A DNA stretch of 64,000 nt from a virus (IMGVR_UViG_2850808358_000005), one strand, 5' to 3'; positions 31,540 to 40,920 are shown, counted from the stretch's first letter. Translations and numbers: made by a program. The notes: generated by a model not told the origin, from the letters alone.

Positions 31540-32094
31540 TCAAAAAGCAATAACTTTTTTCTCTATACCAAAAGCCATAACCATTGGTTTGTACAAAATA
31601 AATTCTGCCACCTTTAGCCAATGCTCAATGCGTCTTTCACAGGTTCTTAAACTCCATTTCGGGTGTGCATCATTCAGCAGTTCAGCCATTTTGCGTTTGG
31701 TCATCCCCCGCCCCTCATACCGTTGCCGAAGGACGCTAATCAATCCTGGATGCTCTGCCAGCACCTCACTTATAACCCGATCAATACATAACGCCTCTGC
31801 ATCAGTACAATGCGCCAGCCAGCTCTTTTGCTTACCGTTAATCATATCCCGCAAAAAAGCCTCAAGTTCAGACTTGTTCAGACCTGCTTTTTTCATCCTC
31901 CGGAGCGCCTCGTTAATTGCCGTTTTTGTCAGCTTTTTAGAGGTCAACATCAGGTTAAACATATTCCCCGTCTTACCGCCACCAATATACGACCAGCGCC
32001 CCCACATACGTAGTTTTCCCTGAATCCAGACACTTTCCAGCGTGGTGAGACGAAGGTGTTCTCCGCTTTTTCCTGTATTCGTTGGGTAAATCAT
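31540..32094 (-). CDS. Putative late-gene antiterminator (Q-like) by position
   Basis: ORF immediately upstream of tRNAs and lysis genes and downstream of ybcN/ybcO-like genes; probable start MIYPTNTGK...; family not confirmed. Confidence 0.4.
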   Translation of the reverse strand: MIYPTNTGKSGEHLRLTTLESVWIQGKLRMWGRWSYIGGGKTGNMFNLMLTSKKLTKTAINEALRRMKKAGLNKSELEAFLRDMINGKQKSWLAHCTDAEALCIDRVISEVLAEHPGLISVLRQRYEGRGMTKRKMAELLNDAHPKWSLRTCERRIEHWLKVAEFILYKPMVMAFGIEKKVIAF

Positions 32095-32381
32095 AAATAT
32101 CCCTCCTTTCTCCAGATTTCTTGTGTGCGAAAAACACCTTCTGCATGCATCAGGCGTAATTCTTCTTTGGTGTAATCGCTGGTTTTTACCCGCCCGTCGA
32201 TTAAATCGTGGCACGAGCTACAGGCAATCGCTGCCTGCATATCGTGTGGCTTTATCGCTGTTCCGCACGTTCCCGCCAGTCGGTAATGCGCCAGCACAGA
32301 CGTTTCCGGATCGTGATTGCAGTAGCCAGGAATTCTGACGGTGCACATCTGCCCCCGCGCCGCTTTAAGTAAATCCACCAT
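32091..32381 (-). CDS. YbcO-like protein (DUF1364)
   Basis: 96 aa, Cys-rich (CTVRIPGYCNHDPETSVLAHYR...ACSSCHDLIDGR). Confidence 0.6.
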   Translation of the reverse strand: MVDLLKAARGQMCTVRIPGYCNHDPETSVLAHYRLAGTCGTAIKPHDMQAAIACSSCHDLIDGRVKTSDYTKEELRLMHAEGVFRTQEIWRKEGYL

Positions 32382-32980
32382 TACGCAAACTCCAGCAGCT
32401 GCGCGGCCACATTTTCGACTTGTTCCGGAGAGGAAAATTTACGGAACAGAATCCAGTTCCACAGCACATTCAGTACAGATTTATAAACCTGCTGAAACTC
32501 GGTTTCGTCCATATTCGCAAACGCGATAGATTTCGCCCGACACCCACGGCTACCGTCCGGATAAAAATGCTCGGTGTAAAATCCGGCCTGAATGGCTACC
32601 CACTCGCGGAAAGCCTCAAACGACTTTAGCAATGCCGTATCACGGGTTCTGCGTGTCGCAACTGTATTCAGATATTGCTCTACGGCTTCGCTCAGAGCTG
32701 GCGTATGTTCCCGACCTACTGATTCGCGCAGGTACTCAACGAAGCCTGAAACCAGTTTTTGTTCGCTAGGCGTGATCGCCCCTCCGACCGGAGTCCAGTA
32801 ATCGAACCCCAGTTGCAGGAGTTTGAAAAAACGCTTGTGGAATGCGTAGTTACGAACGCGCTTAAAATCAGCGTGTATCCACTCACCTGTTTTGATTTGA
32901 TGCAGAAAATCGCAACTCTCCGGCGTCGCCGGGAGAAGTAAACCAGAAGAAGTTTGTTTGACTAACTGTAAATGCACCAC
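32381..32980 (-). CDS. YbcN-like protein (DUF1367)
   Basis: 199 aa, nin-region position. Confidence 0.5.
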   Translation of the reverse strand: MVHLQLVKQTSSGLLLPATPESCDFLHQIKTGEWIHADFKRVRNYAFHKRFFKLLQLGFDYWTPVGGAITPSEQKLVSGFVEYLRESVGREHTPALSEAVEQYLNTVATRRTRDTALLKSFEAFREWVAIQAGFYTEHFYPDGSRGCRAKSIAFANMDETEFQQVYKSVLNVLWNWILFRKFSSPEQVENVAAQLLEFA

Positions 32981-33040
32981 TACTACCCTCGTAATGGTGC
33001 GACAGGTACCAGGTGTTCAGACTGGCGTTGCCAGTATAAT

Positions 33041-33235
33041 TTAGTCTTCTTTAATACAGAAGTGGCTTACAGAATCTGCGTGCGATTCTTTGCTGATTAG
33101 AATTGCATCAGGAGGTAATGGCGTTACGATAAACTCCCCATTTTCGAGCGTTATCACTTCGTAGTGACCTGGTAAAGAAAGCACAACAATCAATTCTTTA
33201 ACGTTCATAACAAAAAGCCTGTGAACTTTTAACAC
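33041..33235 (-). CDS. Hypothetical small phage protein
   Basis: 64-aa ORF. Confidence 0.3.
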   Translation of the reverse strand: MLKVHRLFVMNVKELIVVLSLPGHYEVITLENGEFIVTPLPPDAILISKESHADSVSHFCIKED

Positions 33236-33334
33236 TTCCCCTTAAGGGGTCCATCCCTCTTCTCCCTGCGCGCTACTTAAGTGTTTTTGATTCTATTCCT
33301 GCGCATTCTGAAAGTTCAAACGCGTTGAAAATCG

Positions 33335-33360
33335 CAACAAAAAACCCGCCGAAGCGGGTT
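33335..33360 (-). terminator. Rho-independent terminator downstream of hok
   Basis: acccgc-cgaa-gcgggt hairpin followed by a T-run on the minus strand. Confidence 0.6.
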
Positions 33361-33430
33361 AAGTGCGGGTGCGTTGAGGATGCCTGACACATCAGAGGTG
33401 GCGAGGGATTTCTCCCTCGCCTGGTCACTC

Positions 33431-33586
33431 TTACTTCCTGGATTCGTAGTCTACGAAGACAGCGACCTCCGTCTGGCCGGTTCGGATTCGTACCTCACAG
33501 AGGTCTTTCCTCGTTACCAGTGCCGTCACTATGACGGTTAAACAGATGACGATCAGGGCGATTAACATCGCCTTTTGCTGCTTCAT
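33431..33586 (-). CDS. hok: Hok/Gef-family type I toxin
   Basis: MKQQKAMLIALIVICLTVIVTALVTRKDLCEVRIRTGQTEVAVF... matches the Hok/Gef family; overlapping upstream frame (mok-like). Confidence 0.85.
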   Translation of the reverse strand: MKQQKAMLIALIVICLTVIVTALVTRKDLCEVRIRTGQTEVAVFVDYESRK

Positions 33587-33813
33587 AGCCTGCTTCTCCT
33601 TGCCTTTCGGCATGTAAGAGGCTAACCTACATGTGCAAAGCATGAAATTGGCCTCAGATTAATGTTAAGCGTCTTGCCGGACGCGTAATGTTAACTGGGG
33701 CTTTTCTCTATCTGCCTTTTGGTGTTCATGCCTGAAGCAGATAGCCTCAAGCACCCGCAGTCATTCTACTTACCTCGCCAATATGAAATCAATCAGAAAG
33801 GTGCCCCATAAAA

Positions 33814-34500
33814 TCACTCCTTCTCTTCTTTACCGTAGTGGAGTTGACCAATTTTGATAAGAGGGCGTCCCTGAGATTTGCGGTGTAGATTGGTATCGCG
33901 CAGAGAATACACACAGCCACAATATTCCTGCTGATAGAATTTTTCGCGCTTGCTGATTTCAATCATACGGGACGAGCCGCCCTGCTTGCGCCAGTTATAA
34001 TCCCAGTACACCATGCCCGGATAATGCGCGACGGCTCGCCGCCCACAGTCGTTAACCTGCTGCATATTTTTCCAGCGTGAAATGCCCAGTGAACTGCTGA
34101 TCACACTGAAACCATTTTCAGCGGCGTACAGCGCTGTCCGCTCAAAACGCATGTCAAAACACATGGTGCAACGGATCCCTCGTTCGGGCTCCCATTCCAT
34201 TCCTTTGGCTCGTTCAAACCAGTTGTCTGTGTCGTAATCAGCATCAATAAACGGCACGCCGTGTTGTTCAGCAAAGCGAATATTCTCATCCTTACGAATT
34301 AAATACTCTTTCTGAGGATGAATGTTCGGGTTGTAGAAAAAGATGGTGTAGTCGATTCCCGAGGCCTGAAGCGCCTCCATCACCTCACCGGAACATGGAG
34401 CACAGCAAGAGTGCAGTAGTAGTTTGTTTGCCCCGTTTGGGAGCTCCAATTTGGGCCGTTTGAAATCAGCAACTGTCATAAATATGTTTATTGGGGTCAT
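33814..34500 (-). CDS. DUF208 / QueH-like protein (epoxyqueuosine reductase family)
   Basis: 228 aa with [11 protein letters not shown] motif near the N-terminus and further conserved Cys (CTMCF, CGC). Confidence 0.6.
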   Translation of the reverse strand: MTPINIFMTVADFKRPKLELPNGANKLLLHSCCAPCSGEVMEALQASGIDYTIFFYNPNIHPQKEYLIRKDENIRFAEQHGVPFIDADYDTDNWFERAKGMEWEPERGIRCTMCFDMRFERTALYAAENGFSVISSSLGISRWKNMQQVNDCGRRAVAHYPGMVYWDYNWRKQGGSSRMIEISKREKFYQQEYCGCVYSLRDTNLHRKSQGRPLIKIGQLHYGKEEKE

Positions 34501-34647
34501 AAAAATATCAAAGAGTGTAGCATTAGAACGGGGCTATCGGAAACAGATGTGTGACTGCTCCCCGCCCTTTCGGGCGGTCTCCTGATGATTTGAGGGTGCA
34601 GAAATCCCTCCGGTTAAGGATTAAATTTTTAACAGTGCTAAATTTAA

Positions 34648-35061
34648 TTATTCAGTTCTGGATTTTGTCGCCCTGCGTATCCGCGCTTTCGCGTTACGCT
34701 CAATCTGTATCAGCTTTTCTATATTTCTCCGCCTTTCCTGTTCCTCCTGGCGCAATAGCCTTACATCATCTGCCAGTCTGGTTTCTCTTTTTGCCACAGA
34801 GAGCATCCAGTCAAACGGCTCCACAACCGCACCGCAGATTTTACAGCGGACCTGACGCTCTTTTTCGTCAACCCGTACAGAGGCGTGATGGCAATATGGT
34901 CTTTCCGATGGCTCATAAAGAAAATTAACCTGATTACGAGGGTCATCCTCTTTTATCGGAAATAAAACGATATTGCTTAACTCATCTTCTGGTTTTATTT
35001 CCATGCTCCTCTCCTTTGATGCGAATGCCAGCGGTAATTGAAGCCTGATAGCTAATTTCAT
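34648..35061 (-). CDS. Hypothetical zinc-ribbon protein
   Basis: CHH...CKIC motif; probable start MEIKPED. Confidence 0.3.
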   Translation of the reverse strand: MKLAIRLQLPLAFASKERSMEIKPEDELSNIVLFPIKEDDPRNQVNFLYEPSERPYCHHASVRVDEKERQVRCKICGAVVEPFDWMLSVAKRETRLADDVRLLRQEEQERRRNIEKLIQIERNAKARIRRATKSRTE

Positions 35062-35484
35062 TCACAGTATCGCCTCCTGAAAATTACCCTGATAGAAAGC
35101 CAGTACACGCTGCATAGCTTCGCTCTTCCGGCACTCGCGATAGATTATATTCAGGCGCCTGTCGTAGCGGCGTATTTCTCCGTCAGGTAATGACCAGATA
35201 AGGTCCGGATCAACAACAACCGGTTTCCTCACCTTTACTCTCGAGAGTTTTTTGCGGGCGCTTTGCCAGTCCTTGCGAGCCTGTTCAGACGGGAATAAGC
35301 CGTAGCCAGAATTATATACATCACCACTTGCGACCAGTTCCATGCATAAGCGACCGACAGACGCACGACTGATACCTGTTTCATCTGACAACTGCCGAAT
35401 CGTGACCCGACCGTCCTGATGCACGAGTTCCACAATTCGCGTCTTCAGTTCTTCCCGCTGTTCGGGAGTAAAAGGTTTCGCCAT
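35062..35484 (-). CDS. Hypothetical HTH-containing phage protein
   Basis: 140-aa ORF. Confidence 0.3.
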   Translation of the reverse strand: MAKPFTPEQREELKTRIVELVHQDGRVTIRQLSDETGISRASVGRLCMELVASGDVYNSGYGLFPSEQARKDWQSARKKLSRVKVRKPVVVDPDLIWSLPDGEIRRYDRRLNIIYRECRKSEAMQRVLAFYQGNFQEAIL

Positions 35485-35498
35485 AAATCCTCCTGAAA

Positions 35499-36245
35499 CT
35501 ACTTAACAACCCTCGAATGGCTAACATTCGGACGCCAGCTCTCCCAGTTAAAATTCACCCAGCGCCCGCCGTTCATGACCATGCGATCCATCACCCGCTC
35601 GCCGAGCAATGTTTTCATCACCTCATAGTTCAGGTTTGTCAGCATCCCCACGCTGCGCATCGACGCTGTCCGGCGATCAACAATCTGGTGCAGCACCACC
35701 TGCTCGTTTTTCGTCTCGCGCTGAATGCCAATTTCATCAAGAACCAGCAGATCCACTTCGCACAGCTCCCGCAAAAATTTTTCGCCTGACTGCCCGTCGT
35801 CATAGCTGGCGTGCAGGGCGCTCATAACATCAGCCACGGTAACCACAATCACTGTCTGACCGTCTTTCAGCAGGCGATTCCCGATAGCTGCCGCTAAGTG
35901 ATTCTTCCCGGTACCAGGTTTTCCGCTGAACGCAAAATTTGTACACCCGGTCATCAGTTCATCGGCGATGGATTTCGCCTGGCTTAACGCGTATCGCTGG
36001 CCGTCGTTCTGCACCTGGTAATTCGCAAACGAGCATTTACGGTGCAACGGCTGGATGCCTGAGCGATTCAGAATTTTTTCCACCCGCAACTGGCGATTCA
36101 GGCGGTTGATCTCCTCGCTACGTTTCTGGCCTTCAGCAAGTTGCCACTCGCGCCACTCCGCTACCGTTCTGAATGGGGCGGTTACATGTGGCGGGGTCAG
36201 TCGGCGGATGCGTTCCAGAACGCCGCCTGTCGCAATATTTTTCAT
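35499..36245 (-). CDS. DnaC-like replication helicase loader (IstB-type ATPase)
   Basis: Walker A FSGKPGTGKNHLAAAIG, Walker B DLLVLDEIG. Confidence 0.85.
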   Translation of the reverse strand: MKNIATGGVLERIRRLTPPHVTAPFRTVAEWREWQLAEGQKRSEEINRLNRQLRVEKILNRSGIQPLHRKCSFANYQVQNDGQRYALSQAKSIADELMTGCTNFAFSGKPGTGKNHLAAAIGNRLLKDGQTVIVVTVADVMSALHASYDDGQSGEKFLRELCEVDLLVLDEIGIQRETKNEQVVLHQIVDRRTASMRSVGMLTNLNYEVMKTLLGERVMDRMVMNGGRWVNFNWESWRPNVSHSRVVK

Positions 36246-36251
36246 GGTCCG

Positions 36252-37034
36252 TTACCCCCTGAAGCCTGGCGGGATCGCACTGTCCGGCAACGAGACGGTG
36301 TTAACCTGTCGGAGCAACGTCTCAGGCCGAACACCTTTCGGCGCGAACAGGCCCTGGTATTCATTGGCGATGCTGTGTCGAATCACCTGCTCAGGTGTAA
36401 AACCCTGCTGACGGAATTTTTCCAGTTCCCGTATCGCCCCGTTAGCGCCCTGCTCCGTTCGAATCGGTTTTCGCAATGCCTGTCTGAACCGGACCCACTC
36501 ATGCCAGAGTGTTTCCGGCAACCAATCGGGCAGCTCAATAGCCTCCGGCTCGAATTTTTTAGACGCTCGTTTTTGGCGAGGGGGATTTAGGGGGAGATCA
36601 GTATTTAGATCTTCCTCTTCCTCTGGTAACGCTTTTTGATCCGTTTGTGTAACGCTGGCAGCGTTACCTTTTCGTTTCAGTTCGCGTATTTTTGTTACTC
36701 GCTCGTTTGTAACCGCCCGTTTTTTAGAGCTTTTTCCGTTATGACGTTCAAAGTTAGGTAGAGAAAGCCCACCGTCATTTTCGACCAGCCATCCAACCTG
36801 AATTAACGCATCAGCAAAACCAGACATAAAAGTGATGCGATCTATTGCACTTTTTGTAACGCCGCGAGCGTTACAATCTGCATTACCGTCTATCATTTGT
36901 TGATCCGCCCATGCCCAGAAGCGAATAACCTTCCCTAATGCGGCATCTGGATCAATATTCAGAATCTCAGCAAGCCTGAATATTTCCGGCTTATCCGGCG
37001 TAATAACCTCGAGCTTTATCCAGTTTGAAGCCAT
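36252..37034 (-). CDS. Replication initiation protein (O/YdaU-like)
   Basis: 260 aa, upstream of the DnaC-like gene. Confidence 0.55.
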   Translation of the reverse strand: MASNWIKLEVITPDKPEIFRLAEILNIDPDAALGKVIRFWAWADQQMIDGNADCNARGVTKSAIDRITFMSGFADALIQVGWLVENDGGLSLPNFERHNGKSSKKRAVTNERVTKIRELKRKGNAASVTQTDQKALPEEEEDLNTDLPLNPPRQKRASKKFEPEAIELPDWLPETLWHEWVRFRQALRKPIRTEQGANGAIRELEKFRQQGFTPEQVIRHSIANEYQGLFAPKGVRPETLLRQVNTVSLPDSAIPPGFRG

Positions 37035-37111
37035 TTGTTTTCACCTTGTAACGCTCGCAGCGTTACATTTAACTGATACCGAACAAAACAATCCGGCACG
37101 ATTAATTTCAA

Positions 37112-37534
37112 TCAATGCACTACGACAGAATCGCCGGGCGACCCACCACCGCTGAAATGTGCTTTCCGGTAAACGGCCTGGACAGCATCATCATGCGCAT
37201 CAATTGCCGTACTCAACGCTTCCTGCGCCGCCAGTAATGCACGGCGTTCCAGGGTATCGAAGATACAGAGTCGGTGACGCAGCTCACGCGGAAGAATTGC
37301 CAGAACCGCAGGGATCAGTTTCTGAATTTTTTCCCTTTGCGCTTTCGTTTCACCTTTCAACCAACGGTGATAGATATTCTGCTGATTGTTCCAGTCCTTG
37401 CCTGGTACCAGAGACAATTCGCCGCCCCCCTGCCGCAGATATTCTTCAGTAATTGCGTTAGCGACCCACGCCTGCCCTTTTTCGGCTGCCAGGGCTAACA
37501 ACACTGATTCGATGTGCTCATGCCTGATTTTCAT
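37112..37534 (-). CDS. YdaT-like regulator (CII-like position)
   Basis: 140 aa directly downstream of the cro-like gene. Confidence 0.5.
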   Translation of the reverse strand: MKIRHEHIESVLLALAAEKGQAWVANAITEEYLRQGGGELSLVPGKDWNNQQNIYHRWLKGETKAQREKIQKLIPAVLAILPRELRHRLCIFDTLERRALLAAQEALSTAIDAHDDAVQAVYRKAHFSGGGSPGDSVVVH

Positions 37535-37793
37535 GAATCATCCCCCGTGAATTTTGTGTGCTAGCCTTACATCCAACAGGTAAACCGTCGGTTGGGTTGG
37601 GGTACAAATCTGGCCGCAACTCATGAGGAGTAACCCCAGTTGCAAGGTAAATTTGGCGAACTCGTTCTCCTGTCGGCACTCGACCATGGTATTCATTTAC
37701 CCATTTGTGTATTTGGGACGGCCAGGCCCCTATTGCGCGCCCTAACGGGCGAATACCACCAGCAATCTTTATTGCTTTATCCAAAGCAGTCAT
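37518..37793 (-). CDS. Cro/YdaS-like HTH regulator
   Basis: Probable start MTALDKAIKIAGG...; divergent from the repressor. Confidence 0.6.
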   Translation of the reverse strand: MTALDKAIKIAGGIRPLGRAIGAWPSQIHKWVNEYHGRVPTGERVRQIYLATGVTPHELRPDLYPNPTDGLPVGCKASTQNSRGMIHENQA

Positions 37794-37897
37794 ACAATCC
37801 TCCACTTCAATCAAACACAACAATTGTTCACTTAAAAAGAACATAAGTCAACACCCTGAGAAATTGTTAGTGTTCACTGAACGGTTATAATTGCCAA

Positions 37898-38287
37898 ATG
37901 GACATGAGAAAAAAGCAATACGACACCCCGCTGGCAGAAAGGTTAGATACGATCTCGCAACAGCATCACTTAAGCGGTTCAGATTTAGCGCGTATCGCTG
38001 GTGTAGGTCGCTCATCAGTTAACGCATGGAAAAAAAGAGGAACAATCAGTAAAGATTCCGCGGCAAAAATTGCAGAAGCTACAAACGTATCCCTTTCCTG
38101 GTTGCTGACAGGAAAAGAAGATAGCAATAGAGAGACACTTGATGATGATGAGAAAGCCCTGCTTGATGTTTACAGAAATCTGCCACCTGTAGAACGCAGA
38201 AATATGCTTGCAGCTTTTCAAATGCGACTTCAAAAACTGACTGAATTTTATTCAGAATACGTTGACCCAGCAACGCGTCAAAAATAA
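37898..38287 (+). CDS. Prophage repressor (XRE-family HTH, CI/RacR-like)
   Basis: 129 aa, N-terminal HTH (SGSDLARIAGVGRSSVNAWKK), divergent from cro-like; TGTTCAC direct repeats in the intergenic operator region. Confidence 0.7.
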   Translation: MDMRKKQYDTPLAERLDTISQQHHLSGSDLARIAGVGRSSVNAWKKRGTISKDSAAKIAEATNVSLSWLLTGKEDSNRETLDDDEKALLDVYRNLPPVERRNMLAAFQMRLQKLTEFYSEYVDPATRQK

Positions 38288-38309
38288 TTCTTTATTTTAC
38301 AAAACAATA

Positions 38310-38331
38310 CCGCCGAAAGGCGGTTTTTTTT
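38310..38331 (+). terminator. Rho-independent terminator after the repressor gene
   Basis: ccgcc-gaaa-ggcgg followed by tttttttt. Confidence 0.7.
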
Positions 38332-38454
38332 GCCTTTTATGAATTCATAATGTTGACATATGTTCATTTAAAGAGAACAATGTATTCCATCAAAGCACAA
38401 CGGTGCGACAGGTTTTAGTTCCGCCACCCGGCGTTAAGGGGAAATGAGGTCAGC

Positions 38455-38610
38455 ATGGATACTATCGATCTTGGCAACAACGAATCCCTGGTGTGTGGCG
38501 TGTTTCCCAACCAGGACGGCACGTTCACCGCGATGACGTATACCAAAAGCAAAACGTTTAAAACCGAATCTGGCGCGCGTCGCTGGCTGGAAAGAAACTC
38601 AGGTGAGTAA
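38455..38610 (+). CDS. Small early protein (YdfA/YdaF-like)
   Basis: 51 aa MDTIDLGNNESLVCGVFPNQDGTFTAMTYTKSKTFKTESGARRWLERNSGE, RBS GAGG upstream; not in ORF track (<60 aa). Confidence 0.55.
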   Translation: MDTIDLGNNESLVCGVFPNQDGTFTAMTYTKSKTFKTESGARRWLERNSGE

Positions 38611-38611
38611 T

Positions 38612-38740
38612 ATGGATTTCGACACAATCATGAAAAAGGCTTACGAAGAATACTTCGAAGGCCTTGCCGAAGGCGAAGAAGCTCTCAGCTTCAGTGAGTT
38701 TAAACAGGCGCTTTCCAGTTCGGCAAAATCTAACGGCTGA
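38612..38740 (+). CDS. Small early protein (YdfB-like)
   Basis: 42 aa MDFDTIMKKAYEEYFEGLAEGEEALSFSEFKQALSSSAKSNG, translationally coupled. Confidence 0.45.
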   Translation: MDFDTIMKKAYEEYFEGLAEGEEALSFSEFKQALSSSAKSNG

Positions 38741-38769
38741 TAAGCGAAACAGCACCGCGAGGAATCGGT

Positions 38770-38988
38770 ATGCAGAAACGTGACCCCGTCATCATCGCGC
38801 CAGACTATACCGATGATGAACTTTATGAGTGGATGCACCAGAAAATTCAGGCTGCGCAGGACCTGAAGTGGGCCAATGAAGCCCGGGCTAAGGAGGCCGA
38901 AAATCTGTCCGCTCAGGAGCAGGATATCACCAGGCTGGAAAAAGCAGCGGCATTAAGCATTGCCAGAATGATTACATACCAGCGTTAA
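38770..38988 (+). CDS. Small early protein (YdfC-like)
   Basis: 72-aa ORF. Confidence 0.45.
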   Translation: MQKRDPVIIAPDYTDDELYEWMHQKIQAAQDLKWANEARAKEAENLSAQEQDITRLEKAAALSIARMITYQR

Positions 38989-39106
38989 TGGCTAACCAAC
39001 GAAGCCAAGGTTGGTAATTAAGGAGTTCTCCACGGGTGAGGTGGAGTGCGTGCGCCGGACACGGGTGAGTATCCGGCATGTTCTTTAAAAATCTGAATAC
39101 CTTGAC

Positions 39107-39577
39107 TCAAAAATCATTATTGAAATTGTAGTCCATGAGATACTCATTTTTACAGGAGGGACATTGAGTTTTCGTATATTTATCGCCTTCCTCGATAGGG
39201 AAAGGTTGCAATATAGATATTGCTCTCTTCGCAAAACATTCTGGACAAAAATACATGGTAATCTTGCCAGAGCTAGTATTGCACTGTCTGGCATACACAA
39301 TCGTTCCAGTAATCAATTGGCGAGGTTCGCAGTCTTCACTTTGGAACTTAAACTTTTCTATCTCCGTGAGTTTTGCTTTGAGCGCAGCCTCATTGCTTTT
39401 AGAGATTGTCAGCTCATCAATGAGAGACAAATATTCAAGCTGAATGCTTGACAACTTAGAGTTTATTTCAGACACAGCGCGATCAACCTCAGCCTGAGTT
39501 TTTGCTTCATTGAATAATTTTAACATTGATGCAGTCTCTTTGAGAGCTGACATCGCTAATGATAGATCAAACATCAC
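39107..39577 (-). CDS. Coiled-coil + C4 zinc-ribbon protein of unknown function
   Basis: 156 aa; N-terminal heptad-rich region, C-terminal CPEC...CPSC; AT-rich; antisense to early operon. Confidence 0.5.
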   Translation of the reverse strand: MMFDLSLAMSALKETASMLKLFNEAKTQAEVDRAVSEINSKLSSIQLEYLSLIDELTISKSNEAALKAKLTEIEKFKFQSEDCEPRQLITGTIVYARQCNTSSGKITMYFCPECFAKRAISILQPFPIEEGDKYTKTQCPSCKNEYLMDYNFNNDF

Positions 39578-39877
39578 TTGCTCACTCTTCTTATTGTTGG
39601 GGTATTCAGATTATACAAATTTCTTGTTGTTGGGGAATAACAGGAACCACCTCGCCTGACGTGGTTAAAAGCAGGCACACAACACGAAAGCGCACGGCGA
39701 GGTAGCTGGTCATAGATAGCCTGTCGTTAAATTTTCGCCGACCGTGCGCTTCCGGTTGTGGCAATCCGCGAAATGGCGCGGCGGTAAGTATGGCGGGGTT
39801 TCTCCGTTCCTCGCAAATGTCCACCGGGTTGTCAGGTTGACCATACGATTAAGTGACAACCCGCCACAACATCTCCA

Positions 39878-39936
39878 GATTGAGTTGTTGGCGATGAAAC
39901 TTTTGGCGGCATCAGTTTTGCTCTGCCGCCCTTTTT
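39878..39936 (+). ncRNA. DicF-like sRNA candidate
   Basis: ...TTGGCGGCATCAGTTTTGCTCTGCCGCCCTTTTT terminator-type 3' end resembling DicF as recalled, downstream of ydfABC-like genes. Confidence 0.4.
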
Positions 39937-40338
39937 AAAGTGAATTTTGTGATGCGGTGAATGCGGCTGAGCGCACGCGGAACAGTTAAAACAGTAAGGA
40001 AAATCCCTTATTCCGGCGTTAATTGTTAACTGGTTAACGTCACCTGGAGGCACCAGGCACCGCATCAACAAAATTTATTTAATTAATTATGCGCGAATTA
40101 ACCGTTATTCGTGCAGGGGATTTCCACACCTGAAATCCGCCGCTCTTTAACAATATGAACCGGGCTGTCACGTAAACCACAATTCGGGGTGCCGCCGAAT
40201 GCCCTGATATATCCGCAGAACCGGAACGCAGGGTCGGGATGTGACTTTTTGAACAAACCAAACTGGCGGCTTCCGCCACTTGCGAGAAAACTAAATTCAG
40301 ACTAAATTATAACTCCCAATGAAAAAAGGAACACCCAT

Positions 40339-40572
40339 ATGAAAATAGAAACTATCAGCTACATCAAGAAAAACGCAGCCTCACTGGACCTGGCGGAACC
40401 CATTCTTGTCACGCAGAATGGTGTTCCTGCATACGTAATTGAATCCTATGAGCAGCAACAGGAACGCGAGAACGCTATTGCGTTACTGAAACTTCTCACT
40501 ATTTCAGAAAACGACAAGTCTGAAGGTCGCGTGTTTTCAAAAGCACAGTTGCTGGATAGCTTTAACAACTAA
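40339..40572 (+). CDS. Phd/YefM-family antitoxin
   Basis: 77 aa, MKIETISYIKKNAASLDLAEPILVTQNGVPAYVIESYEQ pattern; sigma70-like promoter TTGCGA-17-TAAATT upstream. Confidence 0.65.
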   Translation: MKIETISYIKKNAASLDLAEPILVTQNGVPAYVIESYEQQQERENAIALLKLLTISENDKSEGRVFSKAQLLDSFNN

Positions 40573-40580
40573 GGTTAACT

Positions 40581-40901
40581 ATGCAGGTTGAATACACACT
40601 TACCGCCAGAACAAGCCTTGAGCAAATTGCCGACCATCTCCGGAGTAACGACATTGACCCACGCCCTGTAATAGCAGAAATTCTTGAGCGATTTGAAACA
40701 AGAGTTACTGCATTCCCGTCCGGATGTCAGTTATGCCCGGAGTTGCTCAAGCTTGGCGTGGCTAAATACAGAGAGTGCAACACACCAGAAGGCTACAGAG
40801 TGCTGTACTCTGTCGAGGAGGATATTATCACTGCACACGTGATTCTTTCCCAACGTCAGGATATTAAACAGTTACTGTTCAGACGATTGATCAGAGTTTA
40901 G
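40581..40901 (+). CDS. ParE/RelE-superfamily toxin
   Basis: 106 aa, starts 8 bp after the antitoxin; YRVLYSVEEDIITAHVIL beta-strand pattern. Confidence 0.6.
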   Translation: MQVEYTLTARTSLEQIADHLRSNDIDPRPVIAEILERFETRVTAFPSGCQLCPELLKLGVAKYRECNTPEGYRVLYSVEEDIITAHVILSQRQDIKQLLFRRLIRV

Positions 40902-40920
40902 CAATTACACATTTAGTAGC

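Noticed and set aside
37112-37844. Cro-like/YdaT-like pair as a toxin-antitoxin system
   Set aside because: Gene context (divergent from the repressor, upstream of replication genes) fits cro/cII-type regulators; toxicity cannot be inferred from sequence alone.
39600-40330. Retron or msr/msd ncRNA in the ORF-less region with flanking inverted repeats
   Set aside because: No reverse transcriptase gene nearby; the inverted repeats are short and the region is better explained as a DicF-like RNA plus the TA promoter and leader.
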